Source: Malacoraja senta (taxonomy: Eukaryota). From it: a DNA stretch of 64,000 bases. Where the stretch lies: contig CM075992.1 in the NCBI GenBank assembly GCA_038087875.1, forward strand, positions 7,628,001 through 7,692,000, in the 5' to 3' direction. Every line of letters starts with the position of its first letter. Within the stretch, counting starts at the first letter, position 1. The notes below the pieces were generated by a model, which made no database searches, had not been told where the DNA came from, and saw only the letters and a list, made by a program, of their open reading frames with translations. Positions 39,541 to 52,489 of this stretch are shown one piece after another. The position numbers were made by a program, and so were the translations under genes.

Positions 39541-39712
39541 AATCAAAATGTGATTTGGTTCTCAAAAATGATGAAAGGCAAAATCTGAATAATGATTTTA
39601 TTTTAAATGAATATTTTATCAGGCGTGTAAACATTCTCTTGGGTAACTGTGATACAGTATTTAAATGGATGGTTTACCTCTGCCCTTTCAACATTTTATC
39701 AATTTTTTTCAG

Positions 39713-39786
39713 AAATCTGTGAAGATATCAGCATGGATTTGCCTGGGGAAGAGAGGCTGGCAGAGCTGTTTCGTGCTTGTCTGGAG
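39713..39786 (+). CDS. DSN1: DSN1 exon 5 (EICEDISMDLPGEERLAELFRACLE)
   Basis: Flanked by ttttttcag and gtatga; resembles recalled human ELSRSISVDLAESKRLGCLLLSSFQ. Confidence 0.92.
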
Positions 39787-40124
39787 GTATGAAGCTTGTC
39801 AGAGCCATACGTATTTACTGAGGGTCCTGTTGGTAGGTGGGATCCTGGGAATGTCAATAAAATTATTGGGGGAGTTGTGAAATTTCCATGTTGTGTACAA
39901 AGGAAACTAATTTTAGTATAATGTAGATTTTTTTTCATCTGAAGTTGATCTGTAATAAATCACCTTGTATGACAATGCTCTTCCAGTTGCCTTTTCTGCA
40001 AGCAATGCCAGTCAGTTCCCCTCTGGGAATTCTCAGTTGTTCAAGGAACATTAGGGATGAGAGCAGTCTTTCCTTTCTTGTATAAATTTTAATCTGTGCA
40101 TAAATATATGGAAGAAATCTGCAC

Positions 40125-40405
40125 TATTAGTTTTAGCGATATGGTGTGGAAATGGGCCCTTCGGCCCATCTAGACTGTGCTGACCAACAATCATGTCGTA
40201 CACTAGTTCTTTAGTACACACTAGAGACAATTTGCAGAAGCCAATTAACCGACAAACCTGCGGAGTGTGGGAGGAAACCGGAGCACCTGGAGAAAAGCCA
40301 CGCAGTCACAGGGAAATGTAGAAACTCTACAGACACCACCTCTCGTCAGGATTGAACGCTGGTCTCTGGAGCTGTGAGGCAGAAACTCTATCACTGTGCT
40401 GCCCC
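40125..40405 (-). mobile_element. HE1/V-SINE-like SINE, diverged
   Basis: Reverse complement of the family. Confidence 0.75.
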
Positions 40406-40778
40406 TTGTCCCCACGCCCCATGCATTCGAAAACCATTGGGAATGACAGCTACGACCTTTGGAAGATTAGTCTACATCCAATAACGAATTACGCCCTTGC
40501 CAATCAGAATTCCATCCTCTAACCTTTGAGAAGTGAGCCCTCTTCATTAGCTTGCTTTAGTTGCTGTTTGTCTAGTGGTGTCTGAAGCAGTAGTACTGCA
40601 CTCCAAGCAACACTGCAATCAGGTTCATAAGGACGACGTGAGACTCACCAAGTTGTGATCCATAAGTTAATACTAATCTGGCAACAAAGATTAGTTACAC
40701 CAGTAATCATGAATGTGTCTGTAATTTTGACCTGACGTGCATCAACTTAAAAGGCCTTTGGTGCTAACATATTTGATG

Positions 40779-41283
40779 GGGCAGTACGGTGGCACAGCGC
40801 TAGAGTTGCTGCCTTACAACGCTGGAGGGTTTGATCCTGTTCTCAGGTGCTGTCCGTACGGAGTTTGTACGTTCTCCCCGTGACCTGCGTGGGTTTTCAC
40901 CAATATCTTCGGTTTCCTCCCACAGTCCAAAGACGTACAGGTTTGTAGGTTGATTAGCTTGGTGTAAATGTAAAATTGTCCTGAGTGTATGTAGGGTAGT
41001 GTTAATGTGAGCGGATCGCTGGTCGGAGTGGGCCAAAGGGCCTGTTTCCGCACTGTTCAGCTACACTAAACTAAACATTACCCAGAGGGATTCTTGCAGC
41101 CAAGATCTCCAGTTTCCTCCCACATTCCGAAGACGTACAGGATTGTAGGTTAAGTGGCTTTGGTAAAAATGGTAAATTGTCCCTAGTGTGTAGGATAGTG
41201 CTATTATACTGGGAGATCGCTGGTCGGCGCGGACTCGGTGGGCCGTAGCGCCTGTTTCCATGCTGAATTTCTAAACTAAGCTA
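40779..41283 (+). mobile_element. One full and one 5'-truncated HE1/V-SINE-like copy in tandem
   Basis: Copies at 40779-41076 and ~41103-41283. Confidence 0.8.
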
Positions 41284-41357
41284 ATATATTTGGACGACTG
41301 TTTTAGTTTTGTCTTTGCAGATAAGTAGATGTAATGCTGTTGCTGTTTCTTTCGCAG

Positions 41358-41430
41358 TATACTCTACAGAAGTTACAGCACCCCTTGGAGCGACAAGAAG
41401 GTTTCAATCTGCAAGCCTTTAAGTCAAATG
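41358..41430 (+). CDS. DSN1: DSN1 exon 6 (YTLQKLQHPLERQEGFNLQAFKSN)
   Basis: Flanked by tttctttcgcag and gtgagt; phase 0 to 1; QKL..L....GF.L..F pattern of DSN1. Confidence 0.92.
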
Positions 41431-42019
41431 GTGAGTCTTGAATAGTTTTGGTTTGTCATCTTTATCTTCTAAAGCTATTCTTGAGTTACCCATGGTTATG
41501 CCCATGGATATCTTTTGCAGGGTAAAATTATTTTGAGTACTTCCATTCCCATTAGCAAAATTCAGACTTCCATTCTGTTCTTTAGACCCTCGAATTCTGG
41601 TGGGGCACATGCTGTGTATAAGAACACAAGGAAATAGGAGCAGAAATATGCTACCAGGCCTCTCGAGATTGCCATCATGGCTAATATGTGCTATCCTCAA
41701 TGCCTCTAATGCCAGTTCCCTATCTCCCTCAATTCCTGAATCTTTCGAGTATCTAATCAATCTCAACCTTCAATGTATTTAATGATCTGACCTCCACACC
41801 TTCTAGGGCAGAGAATTCCAGAGAACACCATCCTCTGAGAGAAGAAACTTCTGCATACTTCTATTCAGGCACAAATTTTGTAACTACATCTCCATGCTTG
41901 TGACTTTCCTACTGGTGTAAATATCCCATCATCTACCCTGTCAAGCTACTTTAGGATCAGGTATTTTTGAACAAAGGTTGCCCACTCTTTCTCCTCCCCC
42001 CACGTTCTTCTATTCGAGG

Positions 42020-42490
42020 AGAAATAGCAGATGGAGTTTAATCTGAGCTAGTGTGAAGTGTTGCAATTCGGGAGGTCAAATGTAAAGGGAGAAGATACAA
42101 TTAACAGCATTGATGTGCAGAAGTCTCTTGTGGTCCAATTCCATCACTCCCTGAAAGTGGCAACACAGGTAGATAGAGTGGTAAAGAATATGGTATACTT
42201 GCTTTCATAGGTTGGGGCTTTGAGTTTAAGAGTCAGGAAGTCATGATGCAGCTTAGGTGAGGCTGCATTTGGAGTATTGTGTGCAGTTCTGGTTGCGCCT
42301 TTACAGGAAAGATATGGAGGCTTTGGAAAGGGTGTAGGTTTACCAGAATAATGCCTGGATTAAGGGCTATTAGTTGCAGGGTGTTGTTGGACAGAATTGG
42401 ATTGTTTCCTCTGGAGCGCCTGAGGTTGAGGGGAGACCGGATGTACTTGAGGGTCTAGCTTTTAAGGTGAGAGGGTAAAAAGTTTGAACA
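42020..42490 (+). mobile_element. Old CR1 fragment
   Basis: gcagatggagtttaat..gtgtgaagtg and ttggagtattgtgtgcagttctgg motifs. Confidence 0.75.
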
Positions 42491-42557
42491 ACTTATAGCA
42501 CCGTTTTCCTGTCCTACACCCCTGCCCTTTTGCTCATTTTGAAAGAACTCAACAACT

Positions 42558-43050
42558 ATCAATCAATCAATGAATTTTATTTATCCGTTAGGAACTTTGG
42601 TTTCTGCAGCCATACAACAAGAAGAAACAATTCCACAAGACACACACCAACTCAATTCACACAGACATCCATCACAGTGAATCTCCTCACTGTGATGAAA
42701 GGCAAAGTCTTGTCTCTCCCCTGCTCTCCATCCTCTCCCAATGTTAAAGCCCCCGGCGGGCGATGTCAGGCCCCGCTCCGGGTAGTTTTCAGCCCCGCAA
42801 CTCGGGCGGGAGAAGCTGCCGCCGCGGGAGCTCCGAAAAGCGGTCTCCCACCAGGGACCCGCGAGCCCCCGACGTCACAGGCCTGCAGCTGGAGCCTCTG
42901 AAGCTCCGAAGTCCGGTCACAGCCGTGTGCCACCACAGCTCCCCACGCTCTGAGGCCGGCCAGCCCCACGACGGCAAGCCCGCAGGCTCCGCGACTGGAG
43001 CCCCCAGGTCGTTCCAGCTGGAGGCTTCTCCACGGTGCTAGGCCCCAACT
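42558..43050 (-). mobile_element. GC-rich SINE-like retroposon of unassigned family
   Basis: CpG-rich body at 42745-43048; minus-strand tail aataaaattcattgattgatt. Family not identified. Confidence 0.45.
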
Positions 43051-43547
43051 AAACCTTCCTGCTTTGGCAATTCTGCAGAAATATAATTGGAGTAAACATC
43101 CTACTTCTTGTACATGTACGTTATCACAATAAAGGCTTTGTAACATTTACCTTGTGAATTGCCTGCATGTGAGCTTTCAGTGACCTGGGTAGAAGGAGAT
43201 CCAAGTTCCTTTGAACAATGACATATTGTAAACGTCACCATTTAAAGAAATACTTGGGATTTCTGTTTCTTATGCTGGAGTGTGATGTTGTTGCCCACAA
43301 TGTAACTTATGATGAACCATTACAGCCTTTTCATATTCCCATCACTAAAGTATTTATTGCATGTCATCAGCAAATTTGATTTCTCCTGTTCAAACCTCTC
43401 ATGGTTTTGGTCTCTTTCATGGTGCCAGGGCCTCGTGCACCACCAGAGCTTTGCATTGTCTTTCCTGTGATCGGTCAGTTCAAGAATGGTCATCTCTCTG
43501 AAATGCAGCAAATGTTGTCTTAACGTTTTGCTTGGTTGTATCTGCAG

Positions 43548-43635
43548 CCTGTGGAATTTCCAATGATATTAAACGAGTCATAGAGGCAATGAAACTGGAC
43601 GGGACACTGAGGAAATGCACTGAGGAACCAGAAGA
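43548..43635 (+). CDS. DSN1: DSN1 exon 7 (ACGISNDIKRVIEAMKLDGTLRKCTEEPE)
   Basis: Flanked by tctgcag and gtaagt; DGTL.KC.E motif; phase 1 to 2. Confidence 0.92.
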
Positions 43636-43664
43636 GTAAGTAGAGTGCAAAGCAAAGACTAAGT

Positions 43665-44590
43665 CCAATGACAATATCCTAAGCACAAAGCCATGCTGAC
43701 TATCCCTAATCATTCCTTGCCTTTCCAAATGCAGATATATCTTATCTCTCGGGAACTTTCCCACCACTGATGTTAGGCTCCCCAGCCTGTAGTCCCTTGC
43801 CTGTCCTTGCCCCCTTTCTTAAATAAAGGTGCAACCATTAGCCACCCTGCAGTGTTCCGGTACTTTGCTCGTGGCTAAGGAGGATATAAGAAGTTCCAAC
43901 AATTTCTTCCTTTGCATCCCACAATGTCCAAGGATACCTTTAGTCAGGCGCTGGGGAGGTTTCCAGCTTTAGGCACCTTTAGGCTGCCAACACACCTCCT
44001 GTAATATCGATACGTTTCAAGACATAATTGTCCCCCTCACTGATATCCCTCACTTCCTTGCCATCCACAATAAATACAGACGAGAAGTGTACATTTTAAC
44101 ACCTCACCCATCTCCTGTGGCTCCACAAATTGGCAATCACACTAATCCTTGAGGGGGACCTATTCTCTCCTGAGTTATCCTTTTGTTAATATATTGTAGA
44201 AAGCTGGATTTCTCTTTACCTTAACTGCCAAGGAGATCTTGTGTCCCCTTTTTGCCTTCCTGATTTTCTTGTGTGTATTCCTGCAGTCCTTGCATTCAAG
44301 GGATTTACTTGATCCCAGCTGCCTGCACCAACACATGCTACTTTCTTTTTCCTGACCAGATCCTCAAACCACCTTGTCAGTTAGGGATCCCTAATCCCAC
44401 CAGATTTCCCCTTAATTATATGAGGACCATGTTGGCCCTATCTCATGTTTAAAAACCTATGCACTCAGATGTCCCTTTCCCTGCAAACAGCCTCTCCCAT
44501 TCAATCCTGTCTAATGCCATCTAAATTATTTTTGCCCCAATTTAGGACTTTAACTTGTGAACCAGTCCAGTTAATTACCCTAACTATGAT
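43665..44590 (-). mobile_element. Old CR1 ORF2 remnant
   Basis: HLERQGMIRDSQHGFV motif on minus; collinear with the younger CR1 at 45.5-48 kb. Confidence 0.75.
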
Positions 44591-45540
44591 TAATTCCCAT
44601 CAAAGTGATTAACCACTTATTTATTTCTACCTCGCAGGATGTTTCTCCAGAAATAGCCTGTCTAAATACTGATGCGATGTTCTCCCCAGTCAAAAAAGCA
44701 AATCCCTCTCCTGTCTGCAGTACCTGTAGCCCAGCACATTGAGCTGTCAGCCCTGCACATCGCTCAACCATGTTTCCATAATCGCTGTAATATCACAATC
44801 CTATGTGCCTACCCATTCCCTGAGTTCATCTGCCTGTCAAGCTCCTTGCATTAAAATAATTGCAGTTTAGTTTATCAGGCATTCCTCGCCCTCATTCCTG
44901 CCTCTTGACAACTGAACTTGCTTGGACTTTTTCATCTGTCCGTGTACAAAAATCACTGCAAGTAAACCAATTCTGCAAATAGAGGCACAATGCCTGTCTG
45001 AAGAAGGTTCTTCATAGCGAAGAAGGGTCCCGACCAGAAACGTCACCCATCCTTTTTATTCCCAGAGATGCTGCTTGACCCGTTCAGTTACTCCAGCACT
45101 TTGTGTCTATCTTTGGTATAAACCAGCATCTGTTCTTTGTTTCTCAATTCTGCAGATAATTAGGCAAGTTTTATTGCAAGGAGATTTATGTAGGAGGAAA
45201 TTTTATTCTAATTATATGGCCCCAGAGAGACTGCTGTTGACGTATTGGCTATTGGCACAACCTAACATTGAATATATTTACAACAGAGGGAATACAATGA
45301 AGGTTCATCAATTTAATTCCTGATGTTGGGGTATTCTTCTAGGAGGGGAGGTTAAGCAGTCTGTGCCTATGCTTTAGTCCAGATAATATATAAAATGTTA
45401 ACATTCTTGCCAGGGTAAATGCAGGGATGATATTCCTTCTGACTGGGATGTCTAGACCCAGGAGTTACTGTCTCAACATGAAGTATATTTTATTCAGGAC
45501 AATGATGCCAAAAAGGTTTTCACCCAGAGGGTCGTCGATC

Positions 45541-48045
45541 ATATAACCATATAACCATATAACAATTACAGCACGGAAACAGGCCAAACGACCCTTCTAG
45601 TCCGTGCCGAACACGTATTCTCCCCTAGTCCCATATACCTGCGCTCAGACCATAACCCTCCATTCCTTTCCCGTCCATATAACTATCCAATTTATTTTTA
45701 AATGATAAAAACGAACCTGCCTCCACCACCTTCACTGGAAGCTCATTCCATACAGCCACCACTCTCTGAGTAAAGAAGTTCCCCCTCATGTTACCCCTAA
45801 ACTTCTGTCCCTTAATTCTCAAGTCATGTCCCCTTGTTTGAATCTTCCCTACTCTCAGTGGGAAAAGCTTATCCACGTCAACTCTGTCTAACCCTCTCAT
45901 CATTTTAAAGACCTCTATCAAGTCCCCCCTTAACCTTCTGCGCTCCAAAGAATAAAGCCCTAACTTGTTCAACCTTTCTCTGTAACTTAGTTGCTGAAAC
46001 CCAGGCAACATTCTAGTAAATCTCCTCTGTACTCTCTCTATTTTGTTGACATCCTTCCTATAATTAGGCGACCAAAATTGTACACCATACTCCAGAATTG
46101 GCCTCACCAATGCCGTACAATTTTAATATTATATCCCAACTTCTATACTCAATGCTCTGATTTATAAAAGCCAGCACTCAAAAGCTTTCTTTACCACCCT
46201 ATCTACATGAGATTCCACTTTCAGGGAACTGTGCACAGTTATTCCAAGATCCCTCTATTCACCTGCATTCTTCAATTCCCTACCATTTACCATGTACGTC
46301 CTATTTTGATTTGTCCTGCCAAGATGTAGCACCTCACACTTATCAGCATTAAACTCCATCTGCCATCTTTCAGCCCACTCTTCCAACCGGCATAAATCTC
46401 TCTGTAGACTTTGAAAATCTACTTCATTATCCACAGCCCCACCTATCTTAGTATCATCTGCATACTTACTAATCCAATTTACCACACCATCATCCAGATC
46501 ATTGATGTACATGACAAACAACAGTGGACCCAACACAGATCCCTGTGGCACCCCACTAGTCACTGGCCTCCAACCTGACAAACAACCATCCACCATTACT
46601 CTCTGGCATCTCCCATTCAGCCACTGTTGAATCCATCTTGCTACTCCACCATTAATACCCAACCATTGAACCTTCTTAACCAACCTTCCGTGAGGAACCT
46701 TGTCAAAGGCCTTACTGAAGTCCATATATACAACATCCACGGCTTTACCCTCATCAATTTCCCGAGTAACCTCTTCAAAAAATTCAAGAAGATTAGTCAA
46801 ACATGACCTTCCAGGCACAAATCCATGTTGACTGTTCCTAATCAGCCCCTGTTTATCCAGATGCTTATATATATTATCTCTAAGTATCCTTTCCATTAAT
46901 TTGCCCACCACTGACGTCAAACTAACAGGTCTATAATTGCTAGGTTTACTCTTAGACCCCTTTTTAAACAATGGAACAACATGCGCAGTACGCCAATCCT
47001 CCGGCACTATTGCCGTTTCCAATGACATTTGAAATATTTCTGTCATAGCCCCTGCTATTTCTACACTAACTTCCCTCAATGTCCTAGGGAATATCCTGTC
47101 CGGACCTGGAGACTTATCCACGTTTATATTTCTCAAAAGTGTCAGTACTTCCTCTTCTTTGAATCTCATAGTTTCCATAGCTACTCTACTTGTTTCCCTT
47201 ACCTCACATAATTCAATATCCTTCTCCTTGGTGAATACCGAAGAAAAGAAATTGTTCAATATCTCCCCCATCTCTTTTGGCTCTGCAGATAGCTGTCCAC
47301 TCTGACTCTCTAATGGACCAATTTTATCCCTCGTTATCCTTTTGCTATTAATATAGCTGTAGAAACCCTTTGGATTTACTTTCACCTTACTTGCCAAAGC
47401 AACCTCATATCTTCTTTTAGCTTTTCTAATTTCTTTCTTGACACTTTTTACATTTTTTATACTCCTCAAGCACCTCATTTACTCCATGCTGCCTATAATT
47501 ATTGTAGATCTCTCTCTTTTTCCAAACTAAGTGTCCAATTTCCCTTGAAAACCATGGCTCTTTCCAATTTTTACTATTTCCTTGCAACCGAACAGGGACA
47601 TAAAGATTCTGTACTCTTAAAATTTCACCTTTAAATGTCCTCCATTTTTCTTCCACATCTTTCCCATAAAACAAACTGTCCCAATTTACTCCTTTTAAAT
47701 CCTTTCGCATCTCCTCAAAGTTAGCCTTTCTCCAATCAAAAATCTCAACCCTAGGTCCAGTTCTGACCCTCTCCATAATTATATTGAAACTAATGGTATT
47801 GTGATCACTGGTCCCGAACTGTTCCCCAACGCATACCTCTGCCACCTGACCCGTCTCATTTCCTAACAGGAGGTCCAGCACCGCCCCTTCTCTAGTAGGT
47901 ACTTCTATGTATTGCTGCAAAAAACTATCCTGCACACATTTTACAAACTCCAACCCATCCAGCCCATTTACAGAATGTGTTTCCCAGTCTATGTGTGGAA
48001 AATTGAAATCTCCCACAATCACTACCTTGTGCTTACTACGAATAT
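45541..48045 (-). mobile_element. Relatively young 5'-truncated CR1 LINE (endonuclease tail plus RT)
   Basis: ORFs 47426-48022 (VGDFN, SDH), 46255-47478 (RT, YADD) and 45625-46110, separated by only a few lesions; (GTTATATG)n tail. Confidence 0.93.
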
Positions 48046-48742
48046 CTTTGAAACTTTCTACCTAAGCCGGCTTTTGGAGTAATTTAAGGTGGCGGGTATT
48101 AGATGTTTGGAATTTGAAGATAAACACAAAGCAAATCAGTGAATCAGGCAGCATCTCTGGAGAAAAGGAACAGGCGATGTTTTGGGTCGGAACCCTTGTT
48201 CAGGGTGAAAGGTCTGGATGTTTGGATATTATGGAAATTGAAGGATATATACTTCATGCTGAGGTAAAAGATCACGTGCGTTTTGAATGAAAGAGTTGGT
48301 ACGAGGGGGCCTACTTCTGTGATTTATGTTCGCTGCCTGAATGCACCACTGGAGATGTGTACGGGGTCACAGCCAGCACTGCTGCTCATCAATAGGAGAT
48401 ATGGGAATGGCTTATTGATGTTCAAGCTACGCCTACATTTCCCATGGTTAGGATCAGACGCTCTATATTGCTGCACTTGGGATTGCACTTTCTTAGAAAC
48501 GTAGCTGAACACTATCATATCCTCCCTTTAGTAATTATTTCACCAGGCCAAACCTCAGTAAATGCTGTTGAACTGTTGCCATGTTACTGTGTATGTTCTA
48601 TTTGTTTGCAGTCTTTCACTGCCAGAGTTCAGAGTTGCTCCTGCAGTCGTGCATCATCTCTGTTGCTGGCAGTGAATAGTGCATGTGTCAGCAATCTGCT
48701 TGTGGGACAATATTTGTGACCATGATGTTCTTTATCTCTCAG

Positions 48743-48802
48743 TGTTCCTCCTACACCAGAAACAGAAACGTTGATGAAGCAGCTGAAGAATGACATATCT
48801 AG
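48743..48802 (+). CDS. DSN1: DSN1 exon 8 (DVPPTPETETLMKQLKNDIS)
   Basis: Flanked by tttatctctcag and gtagga; 60 nt, phase 2-2. Confidence 0.85.
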
Positions 48803-50064
48803 GTAGGAATGTGAGCTCTTGGCTGTGAGTTGGCATCGAATGACAGGAGTTTGGAGATTTGATTAATAACACGGATATTTTTCCATAACTGAGTACTTAA
48901 TGCCACAAGCATGTTAATTTTACTTCTCTAAAAGAAAACCAACCAATTATTCTGGTCGGCCTTTGGGAAAGGTGCAAAGATCCCTGAGGATGCAGAGGAA
49001 CAATAATTAGAAAGTTTCCAGGGGAAAGTGAATTTGGCTCCAAGATTGGCACAAACGTAGAAAATAGGAGCAGGATTTGGTACTTTGGGCTCTCTGAACC
49101 TGTTTAATCATTTGTAGAGTGATGGAGTTATACAGCAAGGAAACAGGCCCTTTGGCCCAACTTGTCTATGCCAACCAAAGTGTCTTCCAAAGCTCATACC
49201 ATTTGCCTGCACTTAGCCCATGTCTATGAACCCATTCAAAGGTTGTTCAAGCATTGTAACTACCCACTTCTACACTTCCTCCAGCAAAATGATTAAACGG
49301 TTATAGATTAAAGGAGAAGTCGGGGAATGGGCACCAGCAGATATTTAAACAGCTATTTCATAAAGCTTGGCAGAAATTTATCCCAATGAGACAGATGAAC
49401 CATTAGAAATTAACAAAGGAGGATTAGGAAAATATTAAATTAAAAAACAGAGCATAGAAAGTATAAAATATGTTCCCAGATGGAGGATTTTTCAGGCATC
49501 AGCAGTGGAGCACTTCAAAACAAATCAAGAGGGAGAAAATTGATTAGGAGTAAACTGGCAAATAAAGCAAAGCTTTTATGGGAATAGAAAACGGCAAAGG
49601 GCAGCCAAGTTCAAGTCCCTTGAAAGTGAAATGGTGGAATTGGTAATTTAAAGCAAGGTGGTGCCACGTATTTTAAACCATGGCTTGCATCAGTCTTCTC
49701 AGGACATTGAAAACCTCGAAGATAATAAATGAGTTGGTTTCAAATACGAGGGATGAATGTAACAATCCCCATCTTGAGAGATGAAATATTGGACATAGCA
49801 CTGAGATTAAAGGCAGCCAGGTCATCAGGATCTGATGGTCTACTTCCAATGATTTTGAAGAGAGTGGTTGCAAAGATGGTAGAAACATTGGATGATGTTT
49901 TTTCAAAACTAACCACGTTGCTGAATGGTACCAATAAATTGCAAGACCGCAAGTGAGATGCTCTTGCTCCAGAGAGGGAGACAAAAAGCAGGAAACTAGG
50001 AAAATATCCATTGTTGCAAGATGCTGGAGTCTCATCAAGGAAGAAATAGCTAGTAATTTAGAGT

Positions 50065-50322
50065 GTGTAGGAATGAACTGCAGATGCTGGTTTACACTGA
50101 AGATAGACACAAACTGCTGGAGTAACTCAGCAGGGCAGGCAGCATCTCTGGGGAGGAGGAATGGGTGAAGTTTCGGGTCGGGACCCAGCCCGAGGTTTGA
50201 AGAAGGATCGAGACCCGAAACGTCACCCATTCCATCTATCCAGATATGCTGCCTGTCCCGCTGAGTTACTCCAGCTTTTTGTGTCAATCTTCGGTTTAAA
50301 CCAGCAGCTGCAGTTCCTTCCG
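50065..50322. repeat. Inverted pair of Penelope-like termini with degenerate hammerhead
   Basis: Arms of ~120 nt; ttgaagaaggatcgagacccgaaacgtcacc at 50197-50227. Confidence 0.8.
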
Positions 50323-50544
50323 ACAGCTATCTTGTACCATTATGTACATTGCTGCCTTCCGTATATGCTGGGGACTCTGCCTTAAAGGCCAGCTTCCTTT
50401 GAGGCTGTAAGTCTTCTACATAAGCCTTCCAAAACTTAACTATTCGTGGCAAAATAGTCACGGTATTAGTGCCGAACGCAGCATCCATTTTAAATGTGCC
50501 AAAAATGCATACTAGTCAATTTCCATGACATTGATGTCTAAATC

Positions 50545-50765
50545 AATAGGCTGTTGGTTCAAGTCTCTATGGATTAAAATATCCAAGCTGTCAAAATAGT
50601 ACTGCATTGTCAGGGCAGTTGTGGATTTGATGTTAAACAAAAGATTTGTCTATTCTCTCAGATGGACCAAAAGATACTGTGGCACTTTTCAAAGGATGCC
50701 AAGAGTTTTCCCAAGGCCCTTGCCAATATTTATCCTTGAATAACAATTTTAAGCAGACTATCTAG
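50545..50765 (+). mobile_element. Ancient Deu-domain SINE (SacSINE1/AmnSINE1-like)
   Basis: tactgcattgtc..gatgttaaac..ctctcagatggaccaaaagatactgtggcact..gccaatatttatcc resembles the recalled Deu-domain consensus. Confidence 0.7.
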
Positions 50766-51164
50766 TCCAGGCAACCTACAGAGAGCCAACAGCCATTCCT
50801 GAAGCCCAGCATCTGTGTGGTGTTGTGTTGTTTGGGTCAACAGTGCCAATACTGTTCTGCCGTGGCATTGTTGGCCTTCGTTTAAAGATGATCTTGATGC
50901 TCAACACAGCAGTTCCTTACAAAATGGAGTTATATTTCTAACTGAGTTTTAGCAAAACAGGAAGTGGCTCTTTTCAAGATATATTGATATTAATGAGACT
51001 AACATTAAAATGCTGCTTCTTTCTCTCCTTGCCCAGCTGCTTATTCGATATTCCTTCATCCCTTATCCATCCATCTCCCCCCCCCCCCACCCAATTCACA
51101 GAATCCCTTCAAAACTTTGTGGTTTTGTAATGATGTTAAAAGAGCTGTATTCTCAGCTCTTTCA

Positions 51165-51472
51165 ATAGACAATAGGTGCAGGAGTAGGCCATTCGGCCCT
51201 TTGAGCCAGCACCGCCATTCATGTGATCATGGCTGATCATCCACAATCAGTACCCTGTTCCTGCCTTCTCCCCATATCCCCTGACTCCGCTATCTTTAAG
51301 AGCCCTATCTAGCTCTCTCTTGAAAGTATCCAGAGAACCGGCCTCCACCACCGCCCTCTGAGGCTGAGAATTCCACAGACACCACTCTCTGTGAGAAAAA
51401 GTGTTTCCTCATCTCTGTTATAAATGGCTTGCCCCTTATTCTTAAACTGGCCCCTGGTTCTGGACTCCCCTT
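51165..51472 (-). mobile_element. CR1 3' end
   Basis: aataggtgcaggagtaggccattcggccc..ctggttctggactcccc. Confidence 0.8.
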
Positions 51473-51885
51473 TCAGTATGTAGCTAGGCCATCCAGATCA
51501 AAGTGGTTTAGAACTCTGGATGATGTCATCCTACGTTAAGAGTCGCCACTCTACTGTGTGTTTGTGAAGATATTGGCCATCACGTGAACTGGAGCTCAGT
51601 TAAGTGATGTCCTGTGAATATTGCCAGGTTGCAGGGTAACGGAGGAAGCCCTGTGTTCCACTGGGTTGACATTTGGAGAGTGAAAAGGTGTCTCTGTCTC
51701 ACTTCTAAACAGCATTTTCTGATGCTGATCCTAGGTCCAGTAATGAGCAGGCATAAAAGCAGTCTTCTTTTCTGTAATTATAATGCTAAATCTTAGTGAT
51801 TTAAAAATGTCTTGCTAAATACTGGCTGGGAATGTTTGGAAAAATGTTATTAATTTAGATTAGCTAATTGAAATTTTCTCTGCAG

Positions 51886-51956
51886 GTAAATGCGAGTGTG
51901 AATCTTGGAACCAGCTGCTGGAAACCTATCAACAAGAGGCAGACCGATCAACCCAA
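51886..51956 (+). CDS. DSN1: DSN1 exon 9 (..ECESWNQLLETYQQEAD..); phase-incompatible at both ends as assembled
   Basis: Flanked by ttttctctgcag and gtaagt; resembles recalled human ERQTWDQLLLHYQQEA. It is 71 nt between two phase-2 junctions. Confidence 0.75.
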
Positions 51957-52489
51957 GTAAGTTGCTACCGCAGATTTTCTGGTTATTTGATGCACTGGTG
52001 CCTCCTCACATTGCGCAACGTTCAATGAATCTGTTCAGAACCGCAGCGGTGCAAGAAATAAAAGGAGACAATGCTGGAGGTGGTTCATCACGCCAATCTT
52101 TACCACCTTTTTCCGATGGTAGTTATTGTGTAAACTGTGCCATTGGTACTGTGTAGCGTGTAATTCCCATTAACATCGGCTTTGGGCCAGTTCCATGTGG
52201 ACTCGGTGACAATGCGATTTTGTGTTACGCAAGAACGAAAGCCTGACCTTGGCGGCCACTTCAATGCAGTGTTGAGTGAGCGCTGCAATATTGGCAACGG
52301 TATGTTTTCACAAGTGGTATCGAACTGAGCACCTGTCTCTGCAGAAGAGGGCACATTAGATTCAAAGCGCAAGGGAGCCCTGCGAGAGAGCAGCCATTAT
52401 TTAGCTCTCAACCAAACTCAGTAAATATCTGACCAATATCTTTATGCTTGTGGTACTGGAGCATTTTCAAGGCGACAACCTTTTGAGAT

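Noticed and set aside
42530..43146. Second CpG-island promoter or coding exons
   Set aside because: The CpG-rich part is bounded by a retroposon-type tail and has no splice-supported homology.
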